DNA of 64,000 bases, taken from Gemmatimonadota bacterium (lineage in GTDB: Bacteria; Gemmatimonadota; Gemmatimonadetes; JACCXV01; JAHWKZ01). The notes beneath the pieces were generated by a model. It saw only the letters and a program-made list of their open reading frames with translations. It was not told the origin of the DNA and ran no database searches. Positions within the stretch are counted from its first letter, which is position 1. Each line of letters begins with the position of its first letter. Shown piece by piece: positions 27,841-36,880 of the stretch. The stretch spans positions 4,173 to 68,172 of the forward strand of contig JBOHRQ010000005.1 in the NCBI GenBank assembly GCA_050732875.1, read 5' to 3'. Made by a program: the position numbers and the translations under genes.

Positions 27841-28704
27841 ATGGTCGATAAGACGGAGCTGCGGGAGCACTGGCGGGCGGCCGCTCCGGGATGGTTGATG
27901 CACGGTGACTTCGTCCGCGAGACGACGGAACCTGTCTCCCGGGCGATGATCGAGCGGGCGGCTCCGGTTCCGGGGGAGTGTTGGCTCGACGTGGCGGGCG
28001 GAGTGGGGGACCCGGCGCTCTACGTGGCCCTGGCCCTCGACGGCGGCGGGCAGGCCGTGGTCACGGACCTCGTGGTGGAGATGGCGGCAAAGTCGCGCGC
28101 GGTGGTACGGGAAGCGGCACCTGCGCTCCGCGTCAGCGCCGTCGCCGCGTCCGCCGACGAGATGCCGTTCGAAGGCGCATTCGACGGACTCACCTGTCGC
28201 TTCGGGGTGATGTTCTTCCCCGAGCCTCTACCGGCGCTGGTGGCGCTTCGCCAGACGCTCAAGCCCGGCGGTCGCGGGGTTTTCGCGGTCTGGGCGGAGC
28301 GCGAACGGAACGCCTTTTTCCGCGAGGTGAGCGCGGCCGTGCTGGCCCGCTTCCCCGAGATGCCGGTCCCCGACCCCGACGAGCCCCACACCTTCCGCTT
28401 CTCTACCAAAGGCGAGCTCGCGGAGTTTCTGCGGATGGCGGGATGGACGCACGTGGGGGAAGCCGACCTCCCTTTCGTCATGTCATCGCGACGAACAGTC
28501 GATCAGTTCTGGGATCACCTGACCGGGCTCAGCGTCGAGCTCCGCGGGCTGGTGAGCGAGATGCCTGCGGAAGAGGCTCGCAGCTTCCGCAGGGACATCG
28601 AGGATCGGGTGGCTCCGTTCTTCGAGAGCGGCTCGATGCGGCTCCCGGCCCATGCCCGGCTCGTATGGGGTCGGGCTCCCGGGGGGATCAGAGGCGTCGC
28701 GTAG
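27841..28704 (+). CDS. class I SAM-dependent methyltransferase
   Basis: 287 aa, the last part of track ORF 25576..28704. Motif I WLDVAGGVGDPAL. Post-I acidic D (VTDL). FDGLTCRFGVMF. Confidence 0.8.
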   Translation: MVDKTELREHWRAAAPGWLMHGDFVRETTEPVSRAMIERAAPVPGECWLDVAGGVGDPALYVALALDGGGQAVVTDLVVEMAAKSRAVVREAAPALRVSAVAASADEMPFEGAFDGLTCRFGVMFFPEPLPALVALRQTLKPGGRGVFAVWAERERNAFFREVSAAVLARFPEMPVPDPDEPHTFRFSTKGELAEFLRMAGWTHVGEADLPFVMSSRRTVDQFWDHLTGLSVELRGLVSEMPAEEARSFRRDIEDRVAPFFESGSMRLPAHARLVWGRAPGGIRGVA

Positions 28705-30421
28705 ATCGCCCGAGCCACCCCGGTCCAAACGTCCGCGCCACCACCCACGCCAGTGAGGCCAGCCAGACCAGGTAGGCGACGAGGCGAACCGGGTGGAAGG
28801 CGATCGTCGTCACGACATCACCCGTGAGACCGAGCCCGTGCTCGAGGACGAGGCGTGAGACCTGCTCGGCCGTGAACCATCCCCACAGGAAGATCGACCA
28901 GTACATGCCGACGAGCTTCCAGCGCGGCATCCTGAGACGGGGTGGCAGATGGCGTGTGTTCATGATCGCGATCACCGCCGTGAACAGATACATCGAGGCG
29001 ATCGTGAACGGTCCGGCGACGAGGACCAGGAAGTCGGGCTGGAGGGCCCCCAGGCTTTCGCCCCCCAGCCAGGAGAGGACGATGACGCCCATGCTGGCGA
29101 GGGCGAAGACGGTGAGGAGGAACAGGAACGTCCGCTTGAGCGTGAGCGTGGGCCGCCTCCGGCCGACTCGCTCGTAGAGGATGTCGCCGGTGATGCGGGT
29201 GACGGTGTCGACGATCCCGACCTGGGTCGAGAAGAGGACCAGCGCGCCCCCCAGGAGGAACACGATCTCGAGCCAGGCGCCACCCTGACGGCGGAGGATC
29301 TCGGCCTGCTCCATAACCATGCCGGTCAGGTTGCCGGCCAGGTCGGCCCGCCCGGTCCCGACCGTCTCGGCGACCAGCAGGGTCGTGATCACGACGCTGA
29401 AAATGATCAGGACGACGAACGTCACGAACAGCTCGCGCTCGGCCAGGGCCATCCAGCGGCGAAAGCGGGCCAGTGCGGTTGGCTGATCCGCGGAGAAGGC
29501 GAAGCCGCGCTCGCTCACCGGCTCGTTCTGGCCACGGATCCCGGCGATCCGTCCCTGGTAGGCCCCCATCCCGAAGCCCTTGTCGCGGATCCAGAGCGAC
29601 TGGGCGAGGAGAAGCGTCCCGCCAGTGCCGGCGTACGCAACGGCGATCAGGAGGGTCGGGAACTGATCCCCCGATAGAAGGTCACGCGGCACGCTGCCCA
29701 CCGAAACCGCTCCCTTCGCCAGCTGCGCCACGTCCCCCGGGAGCACCCCGACCGCCACCAGCGCGATGAAGAGGAGGGGAAAGAAGACGATCACGAGGGC
29801 GATCTCGAACCGCTCCAGCGCGTTGTAGACGACGCGGGAGATCGCGAGCGCGCACCAGATGAAAGCCAGCATCGCCAGCGCGAGGGGCTGCCAGTCGGCG
29901 ATCACCTGGCGGCCGGCCAGTAGGTTGACGCTGACCCGCGTGAAGTCGGCCGACTCGGCGGCCCAGCCCGGCCAGAAGAAGGAGACCAGGGTGGCGATCA
30001 GGAAGAACCAGGGCCAGAAGGGCTTTCGTGTGAGGCGGGCCATGCCGTTGAAGACAGACTCCCCGGTGGCCATCGTCCAGCGTTCGATCTCGCTGATCAC
30101 GACGAACTGGCTCAGGACCCCGACCCAGAACAGCCACCAGATCGAAAAGCCGTTGACGGCGACCAGGTTCGGCCACAGCAGGAACTCGCCCGCGCCCAGG
30201 CCGATTCCGAGCGCGATGACCGACGGTCCCACCACGTCGCGCAGCTTGGGCACGCGGGGGACGTCGTCCAGGCGGTGGAAGGGCGGACCGGTGCCCGGGT
30301 CGGGGAAGTCCGGTGCCTCGGGAGCGTCGGGGAGAGCCGCCGTGTCGACCGGCCGGTAGATGCCTTCCCGAAAGAGGAGGCCTTCCTCAGGTGGGCAGAT
30401 TATGTCGGGATCGTGGCGCAC
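28688..30421 (-). CDS. Nramp-superfamily-like polytopic membrane transporter
   Basis: 577 aa, at least 11 TM. GPSVIALGIGLGAGEFLLWP... N-terminal block resembles distant Nramp-related carriers, but no DPGN motif. GTG start. Confidence 0.5.
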   Translation of the reverse strand: MRHDPDIICPPEEGLLFREGIYRPVDTAALPDAPEAPDFPDPGTGPPFHRLDDVPRVPKLRDVVGPSVIALGIGLGAGEFLLWPNLVAVNGFSIWWLFWVGVLSQFVVISEIERWTMATGESVFNGMARLTRKPFWPWFFLIATLVSFFWPGWAAESADFTRVSVNLLAGRQVIADWQPLALAMLAFIWCALAISRVVYNALERFEIALVIVFFPLLFIALVAVGVLPGDVAQLAKGAVSVGSVPRDLLSGDQFPTLLIAVAYAGTGGTLLLAQSLWIRDKGFGMGAYQGRIAGIRGQNEPVSERGFAFSADQPTALARFRRWMALAERELFVTFVVLIIFSVVITTLLVAETVGTGRADLAGNLTGMVMEQAEILRRQGGAWLEIVFLLGGALVLFSTQVGIVDTVTRITGDILYERVGRRRPTLTLKRTFLFLLTVFALASMGVIVLSWLGGESLGALQPDFLVLVAGPFTIASMYLFTAVIAIMNTRHLPPRLRMPRWKLVGMYWSIFLWGWFTAEQVSRLVLEHGLGLTGDVVTTIAFHPVRLVAYLVWLASLAWVVARTFGPGWLGRSTRRL

Positions 30422-30562
30422 GACGGCGGTCTACCCTAAACGGCTCGCTCGCCATCGCGCAAGCGTGCTCTTCAGGCGCACGATTCTTGCCTTCGAGCAA
30501 TTTAGCGATACAGGGCCGTCATTCCGTGAGGTTCCAAACCGATAGCTGATTCGCGAGGAGGA

Positions 30563-31756
30563 ATGACCGCCTCCACTCGACAACGGCTGCGTGCGCGGGC
30601 ATGGATCAGCCTGGTCCTTCTGGCTGGCTTGCTGATCGCCGCCACCCGCTGGCGTCTGCATGTCGACAGCGAGAAGAGGTTTGCGATCGGAGCGGCGGTC
30701 GAGCCTGGATTGCCTGTCCCCGCGGCCGAGGGCCTGGCCATTCCCGTCGCGGTCGACACCGTGCGTCAGGGCTCGCTCATCCTCCAAGTGTCGGCCACCG
30801 GACAGACCGAGGCCTCCGACCGGGCGACGGTGGCGGCGCGTGTGGCGGGGCGGATCGCGGCCCTGCCGGTCACGGAGAGCGATCCGGTCGGCCGTGGGCA
30901 GGTCGTAGCCCGGATGGACGCCCGCGAGTACGTGTTGGCGGTTCGACAGGTCGAGGCCGAGCTGGCCGAGGCCGAAGCCCGCTACCGCGAGATGACGCTC
31001 TTCGACGACCGGATCGAGGATCCCGCGATCCTCGGTGAGCGGACTCAGGCGGCGCGCGCCAAGAGCGGTCTCGACCGCGCCGAGATTGCACTGAGCCGCG
31101 CCCAACTCGACCTGGCCAACACGGCGCTCACCGCCCCCTTCGCCGGTCACGTGGCGAACGTGCTCGTGGGCGAGGGAGGGTACGTGGCGTCAGGGGAGGA
31201 GATCCTGAGCGTTGTCGACGTCGACCCCGTCCTGGTCGAGGTCCAGGTCGTGGAGAGCGAGCTTCGTTGGCTCGCGGAAGGGGGAATGGCCGCGATCACA
31301 GTGGCCGCCTTCCCCGACAGCACCTTCCGCGGACGGATCCGATCCATCAACCCGGTCGTCGACCCCGAGACCCGGACCGCCCGTGTCACGGTCGTGCTCG
31401 CCAACCCGGATGGGCGGATCCTGCCCGGCATGTTCGCCCGGGTGAGCCTGGAAGGCCGGGCATTCGAGGACCGTATCATGGTCCCCAAGGAAGCCATCGT
31501 CGAGCGCGACGATCGGACGCTCGTCTTCGTGTTGGAGCCGATCCCCGACGGGCCGCCCGGCTTGGGGCTCGTCAAATGGGTCTACGTCACGACTGGGCTC
31601 GCGAACGATCGCTACGTAGAGCTGGTCGAGAGGGAGGAGACCGAGATCCCTGAACCGCGGTCATTGGTCATCACAGGCGGAAACTACACCCTGATCCACG
31701 ATGCCCGAGTGCGGATTGCTTCCGACGCGGGCATGGCGGAAGAGGAAGGGCCTTGA
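30563..31756 (+). CDS. RND efflux periplasmic adaptor (MFP/HlyD family)
   Basis: 397 aa. LTAPFAGHV..V.V.EG.YV..G..I..VVD.DP..V.V.V.E lipoyl/beta-barrel blocks. RBS GAGGAGGA. Confidence 0.9.
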   Translation: MTASTRQRLRARAWISLVLLAGLLIAATRWRLHVDSEKRFAIGAAVEPGLPVPAAEGLAIPVAVDTVRQGSLILQVSATGQTEASDRATVAARVAGRIAALPVTESDPVGRGQVVARMDAREYVLAVRQVEAELAEAEARYREMTLFDDRIEDPAILGERTQAARAKSGLDRAEIALSRAQLDLANTALTAPFAGHVANVLVGEGGYVASGEEILSVVDVDPVLVEVQVVESELRWLAEGGMAAITVAAFPDSTFRGRIRSINPVVDPETRTARVTVVLANPDGRILPGMFARVSLEGRAFEDRIMVPKEAIVERDDRTLVFVLEPIPDGPPGLGLVKWVYVTTGLANDRYVELVEREETEIPEPRSLVITGGNYTLIHDARVRIASDAGMAEEEGP

Positions 31757-31981
31757 TCAGGCGGGCGTGGCAGTCCGTGGAGCGCGCGCTGGGAGGGACG
31801 AGAGCTGGAGCTGGGTCAGATCGGTTCGCTCACTGGCATGATCGATCTCGATGCCGACCACTTCACCCGCCGCGTTCAGATCGAGGATGATATCCCGTGC
31901 AACCTCACGCGCATCTGCACCAGATCCCTCTCGAAGCTCGATATAAAGTGTATCCGTCTCGGAGTAGTAATCGAAGCGCAT
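31757..31981 (-). CDS. DUF2283-family protein (putative antitoxin partner of DUF4258)
   Basis: 74 aa. MRFDYYSETDTLYIELREG...ILDLNAAGEVVGIEIDHAS is the DUF2283 pattern. Its stop is back-to-back with the MFP stop (TGATCA 31754-31759). Confidence 0.75.
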   Translation of the reverse strand: MRFDYYSETDTLYIELREGSGADAREVARDIILDLNAAGEVVGIEIDHASERTDLTQLQLSSLPARAPRTATPA

Positions 31982-31983
31982 CC

Positions 31984-32217
31984 TTACCTCGGCTTGAAGC
32001 CTCTGTCTGGGAAGGCGGTGTGGACCGTCTCCCCGTCCTCCAAAGTTACGACCCGCAAGTATTTACCGAGTTCCTTCACGTAAAACCAGTGCCGAACTCT
32101 CCCATCTTCCTGAACTTCCTTGTACTCGGGATTCTGGATCGCTCTCTGACACCATTGCAGCTGAATGTAGGGGCGTTGCTGGAGGACACGGTGCTCGAAG
32201 TATCGGGTCCACTTCAC
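31984..32217 (-). CDS. DUF4258-family protein (putative toxin)
   Basis: 77 aa from GTG 32215-32217 (inside track ORF 31984..32331). ...NPEYKEVQEDGRVRHWFYVKELGKYLRVVTLEDGETVHTAF. 2-nt gap to the DUF2283 gene. Confidence 0.6.
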   Translation of the reverse strand: MKWTRYFEHRVLQQRPYIQLQWCQRAIQNPEYKEVQEDGRVRHWFYVKELGKYLRVVTLEDGETVHTAFPDRGFKPR

Positions 32218-32249
32218 ATGAATCGTCTTGATGCAAGCCTGGAACCAGA

Positions 32250-33668
32250 ATGTTGAGATTGTCGAGGGTGCGATATCTGTTCGTCGCGGCTTTCGCGATT
32301 GTAGCGCCGCCGGCGAATCACGCATTCGCACAGGAACCAGCCATCAACGCTACGACGGCGAACTCGATCTTCACCCTCGCGCACGCCCTCGAACTCGCCG
32401 GCCACCATAATCCCGACATCGTCCAAGCGGGGAACGCGGTCGGTGCGAGCGGCGCCGAGCGGCTGGCTGCTCGGGCCGCTTTCCTGCCGAGCGTCAGCGC
32501 TTCGACATCCTTCGACGTGACTCGCGTCAAGGCTTTTACGACGACGGACGTGTTCGGCGACCCGGCCGAGCGCGAGGAGGCGGTGGAGGCGACGACGCGT
32601 GGAGCACGCCAGGGGGTCTTCCTCGACCTCACGCTGTTCGACGGGGGCGAAACCCTGGCTGGGGCACGTGCAGCGGGGGCTAGGTACGAGGCAGCTCAGG
32701 CTGCCGTGGGAGCAACCGTGAACCGGGTCCGGGCCGACGTGGCACGTGCCTACTTCGACCTTCTCGAGCGGCTGGCGACGACCAATGTGGAGCGTGAGAT
32801 CCTGGAGGCGCGCCAGCGCGACGTCGAGACGACGAAGCGGCTCTTTCGCGTGGTGGCGGCGGACCAGATCGACGTGTTGGGGGCTCGGATCAAGGCCCGT
32901 CGGCAGGAGGCGGCGGTGGCGACCGCTGAGGAATCTGCCGTGGCGGCCCGACTCGAGCTAAGCCGTGTCGTGGGAACCGAGATCGATTCTGAGGCGCAGC
33001 TGGAGGTCCCATTCGAGCCATTCGATCCCGAATCTCTGGATGTAGAGGAGCTCGTCAGGGAAGCGCTCGCCTCGCATCCCGAGATCGAAGGACTGGCATC
33101 CGATCTCGACGCTGCCGACGCCGAGACTTGGGACGACGGCTGGCTCGCCTATCTCCCGCAGGTCTCGGCCACGGCGGCCTATCGTCGGAGCGAGTTCGGC
33201 GGCACCGCGCAGCCACTCTTCGAGCTGGATCCGCGCGACACTGCGTACTCGTTCGGCCTGCAGCTGACGCTCCCCCTCTTCGACCGGCTCGCCCGGCACG
33301 TCGAGCGGGCGCGGGCGAGCACGACGGCCGCCGAGGCGCGGGAGGCGCTCCGCGCGAGGCGCCTCCAGGCCGAGACCGAGGTCCACTCGCGCTTCCTCGA
33401 TCTGCGCGCCGCGTGGCGTGATCTACGGCTCGAAGAGGAGACGACGGCGATGGCCCGCGAGCGCTCCGAGCTCGCGCGCGAGAAGTATGAGATCGGAGCC
33501 ATCGATTTCACCCGACTCCAGGAGGTGGTGGACGACGCGACGGCGGCCGAGCGGGCGCTGGTCCAGCGGCGGTTCGGCTACTATCGGGCGATGGCCGAGC
33601 TCGAGCGCGCGGTGGGCCGGCCGATCGCTCTGCCCTCGGCCGGAGGAGCGGAGCCAGGCGATCCGTGA
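32250..33668 (+). CDS. TolC-family outer-membrane efflux protein
   Basis: 472 aa. Signal peptide ...PPANHAFAQE. Two-repeat coiled-coil/beta-barrel pattern (LTLPLFDGG-type turns). 4-nt overlap with the next gene. Confidence 0.88.
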   Translation: MLRLSRVRYLFVAAFAIVAPPANHAFAQEPAINATTANSIFTLAHALELAGHHNPDIVQAGNAVGASGAERLAARAAFLPSVSASTSFDVTRVKAFTTTDVFGDPAEREEAVEATTRGARQGVFLDLTLFDGGETLAGARAAGARYEAAQAAVGATVNRVRADVARAYFDLLERLATTNVEREILEARQRDVETTKRLFRVVAADQIDVLGARIKARRQEAAVATAEESAVAARLELSRVVGTEIDSEAQLEVPFEPFDPESLDVEELVREALASHPEIEGLASDLDAADAETWDDGWLAYLPQVSATAAYRRSEFGGTAQPLFELDPRDTAYSFGLQLTLPLFDRLARHVERARASTTAAEAREALRARRLQAETEVHSRFLDLRAAWRDLRLEEETTAMARERSELAREKYEIGAIDFTRLQEVVDDATAAERALVQRRFGYYRAMAELERAVGRPIALPSAGGAEPGDP

Positions 33669-36600
33669 GCCTCCCCGGGCTCGCCGTCCGCCGGCCGGTC
33701 GCCGTCGCGATGTTCTTCCTCGCGGTAACCCTGATCGGCGCAGTCAGTCTCTTCCGTATGCCGGTCTCACTTCTCCCCGAGGTCGCCTATCCGCGCCTGG
33801 TCGTCTGGACGGCCATCCCCGATGTCGCCCCCGTCGAGGTCGAACGCTACGTGACCGAGCCGATCGAGGCGGCGCTCTCGGCGGTCCCCGGAGTGCTCGC
33901 GATCGAGAGCGTGTCGGCCGAGGGGCGGTCGCTCGTCACCGTGCGCTTCCCATGGGGGACGGACATGGAGTTCGCCCAGCTCCACGTCCGGGAGCGGCTC
34001 GACAACCTGGCCGGGACGCTGCCCCAGGGGGCCGAGCGGCCGACCATCCTGAGGATCGATCCCGGGGCCGAGCCGATCCTGATCGCGAGCGCGATGGCGG
34101 CGCGGGCCGTATCGACGGCTGCAGGGACTCCGCCGCCGGCCGCGGCACAGACGGGCCAGGCGACCGTCGAAGGCCAGCCCGACGAGGTGGAGCCATCCCG
34201 ACCCACGGTCAGCCTCCGCGAGATCGAGCGGCTCACCGAGACCGTCTTCCGGCGGCGCCTGGAGCAGCTCGAAGGCGTGGGGCGGGTGACGGTCGTGGGC
34301 GGCGCCGAGCGGGAGATCCGGGTCGACGTGGACCCGGCGCGGCTCGAGGCTCACGGTCTCTCCATCGAGGACGTGGCCACGTCGCTCGACCAGGCCAACG
34401 CCTCGGCTCCGGGCGGAACGATTCGCCGTGGCCGGCACCGCTATGCCCTCCGGGCGCTCGGCGAGCTGACCACCCTGGATGAGGTGGCGCAGGTTGTCGT
34501 GGCGAGCGGTCCCCGGGGCGGGACGATCACGGTCGCGGACGTGGCGACCGTCGCCGACAGCGTGGCCGAGCGGGACGCGGCCGCGTACCTGGACGGCCGG
34601 CCCTCGATCGGACTCCTGGTCTACAAGGAGAGCGGGGCCAACACCGTGACCGCCGCAGGCCGGGTCGAGGAGACGTTCGATCAGCTGGAGCGCCAGTTCG
34701 CGGGGATCGACCTGACGACGGTGACCGGTCAGGCCGGATTCATTACGTCCGCCATCCGCAACGTGGTCTGGGCGCTCGTTCTGGGCGGACTCCTCGCCTA
34801 TCTGGTCCTCTTTCCCTTTCTGAGGGACCCGCGCTGGCCCGGGGTTCTCGCGCTCGCGATCCCGATCTCGGTCGTGGCGGCCTTCGTGCCCCTCTATTTC
34901 AGCGGGGTCTCGCTCGACATCATGAGCTTGGGCGGGCTCGCCCTCGGGGTCGGGATGCTGGTCGATGCCTCGATCGTGGTGCTGGAGAACGTCTTCCGGC
35001 ACCGGGAACAGGGACTCCCCGCCGATGCCGCGGCGATCCGTGGCGCCGAGGAGGTGCAGGGAGCGATCACCGCGTCCACGCTTACGACGATCGCCGTGTT
35101 CGGGCCCATCCTCTACGTCTCGGGACTGGCGGGCGCGCTCTTCGAGGAGCTCGCGCTCGCGGTGACCTTCTCGCTCCTGGCCTCGCTTCTGGTCGCGCTC
35201 ACCCTGCTTCCCGTCCTGGCCGCGCGGCTTGGGGCGCGGGGCGACCGGACGGAATCCGGCGATCGGCGGGAGACAAATCCGGGCGTGGATCCCGCGAGCC
35301 CTGGAGAAGAAGGCGGGGGTCCCCTCCACCACTGGCTCGCGCGCTTCGAGGCCGGATTCGCCCGGATCGCGGCCGCCTACGAGCGGTCGCTCGCCCGGGC
35401 CCTCGACAGGCCGCGGAGGGTCCTGGCGTGGACGGGGGGCGCCCTCGCCCTGACCTTGATCGTGGCCCTTCTCCTTCCGCGAGACGTCCTTCCCGAGGTG
35501 GACCAGCGCGCCTTCACGGGGCGGCTGACGCTTGCGCCAGGGACCCCCATCGAGCGGACCGAGAAGATCGCGCTCGGGATGGACGATTGGCTCCGCGATC
35601 AGCCGGAGGTCGAGGCCGTCCTGACGCGGGTCGGCTTGGCCTCGGCCGCCGAGGCGGCACGGGCCGGGGAGCGAGGCTCGAACACGGCCGTCCTCGATGT
35701 CCGGCTGGGACCGGACGGCTCCTCGACCCGCGACGTCATGGCGCGGCTTCGCGAGGCGTTCGACGACCTTCCGTCCGGAGCCCTCGCCCTGGAAACGGGG
35801 GGTGCGACCGAGCTCGGGACCGTTCTCGGGACCGCCGAGGCGGATCTGGTGGTCGATGTGCGGGGCGAGAATCGGGAAGGCGTCGGTCTCATCGCCGGGG
35901 AGACCGTGCGGCGACTGGCCGCTCTCCCCATGCTGGCGGATGTGGGCTCGGGGCTCGAGCAGGGCCATCCGGAGATCCGGGTCTCGCTCGATCGGGATGC
36001 GATCGCCCGCCACGGACTGGGGGTCCAGGAGGTCGTCTCGACACTGACCGACCGGACGCGCGGCCGGATCGCCACGCAGTTCGTGGACTTCGATCGCCGG
36101 GTGCCGGTCGTCGTCCGGGCGGGCGAAGCGGAGCGCCGGGATCTGGACCGGGTCCTGGGCGGCTCGGTGGATGGAGTTCCGCTCCGGCTCCTGGTCGAAG
36201 TCGAAGAAACGGCCGGACCGACAGCGATCCGCCGCGAGAACCAAGAGCGGATTGTCCCGGTCACGGCCGACGTCGTGGAGGGCGGGCTCTCGGGAGCGAT
36301 CGGGACCGTCGAGGAAGCGCTCCGTGATCTCGATCTCCCGCCGGGCGTGAGGCTCGAGGTGGGAGGCGGCGGCGAGGAGCTCCGACGGAGCTTCCGCGGG
36401 CTCGCCTTCGCGTTCCTCCTGGCGCTCCTTCTCGTGTTCATGATCCTGGCCGCCCAGTTCGAGTCGCTGGTCCTGCCGTTCGTCGTCCTCCTCGCCGTGC
36501 CGCTCTCCCTGATCGGCGCCATCCTCCTCCTCGCCCTCGCGGGGAGCGGCCTCAACACGATGAGCCTGATCGGGATCGTGGTCCTGGTCGGGATCGCCGT

Positions 36601-36880
36601 CAACGACGCGATCGTCAAAGTCGACTTCATCCAGCAGGCGCGGGCCGCTGGCGCCCCCGTGCGGGCGGCGATCGAGGAGGCCGGCCGGGCGCGGCTCCGG
36701 CCGATCGTGATGACCTCGGTGACCACGATCCTGGGCCTCCTCCCGATGGCGATCGGGTTGGGCAGCGGGGCCGAGCTCCGTTCCCCCCTCGCGATCGCGG
36801 TGATCGGCGGCCTGATCACCTCGACGGCTCTCACCCTGTTCGTCGTCCCCGTCTTCTACCAATGGGCCGTCCGGTCGTGA
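33665..36880 (+). CDS. RND efflux permease (AcrB/AcrD/AcrF family) 1
   Basis: 1071 aa. RRPVAVAMFFLAVTLIGAVS start. 12-TM architecture. conserved ...GIVVLVGIAVNDAIV... block. Confidence 0.92.
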   Translation: MSLPGLAVRRPVAVAMFFLAVTLIGAVSLFRMPVSLLPEVAYPRLVVWTAIPDVAPVEVERYVTEPIEAALSAVPGVLAIESVSAEGRSLVTVRFPWGTDMEFAQLHVRERLDNLAGTLPQGAERPTILRIDPGAEPILIASAMAARAVSTAAGTPPPAAAQTGQATVEGQPDEVEPSRPTVSLREIERLTETVFRRRLEQLEGVGRVTVVGGAEREIRVDVDPARLEAHGLSIEDVATSLDQANASAPGGTIRRGRHRYALRALGELTTLDEVAQVVVASGPRGGTITVADVATVADSVAERDAAAYLDGRPSIGLLVYKESGANTVTAAGRVEETFDQLERQFAGIDLTTVTGQAGFITSAIRNVVWALVLGGLLAYLVLFPFLRDPRWPGVLALAIPISVVAAFVPLYFSGVSLDIMSLGGLALGVGMLVDASIVVLENVFRHREQGLPADAAAIRGAEEVQGAITASTLTTIAVFGPILYVSGLAGALFEELALAVTFSLLASLLVALTLLPVLAARLGARGDRTESGDRRETNPGVDPASPGEEGGGPLHHWLARFEAGFARIAAAYERSLARALDRPRRVLAWTGGALALTLIVALLLPRDVLPEVDQRAFTGRLTLAPGTPIERTEKIALGMDDWLRDQPEVEAVLTRVGLASAAEAARAGERGSNTAVLDVRLGPDGSSTRDVMARLREAFDDLPSGALALETGGATELGTVLGTAEADLVVDVRGENREGVGLIAGETVRRLAALPMLADVGSGLEQGHPEIRVSLDRDAIARHGLGVQEVVSTLTDRTRGRIATQFVDFDRRVPVVVRAGEAERRDLDRVLGGSVDGVPLRLLVEVEETAGPTAIRRENQERIVPVTADVVEGGLSGAIGTVEEALRDLDLPPGVRLEVGGGGEELRRSFRGLAFAFLLALLLVFMILAAQFESLVLPFVVLLAVPLSLIGAILLLALAGSGLNTMSLIGIVVLVGIAVNDAIVKVDFIQQARAAGAPVRAAIEEAGRARLRPIVMTSVTTILGLLPMAIGLGSGAELRSPLAIAVIGGLITSTALTLFVVPVFYQWAVRS

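Noticed and set aside
33767-36862. 1031-aa minus-strand ORF opposite RND permease 1, and similar long antisense ORFs (36636..., 37057..38982, 39990..41894, 41228..42637, 42050..23903-type frames)
   Set aside because: No recognisable motifs and extreme Arg/Asp/Gly/Pro composition. Each overlaps a sense-strand gene with clear family signatures.
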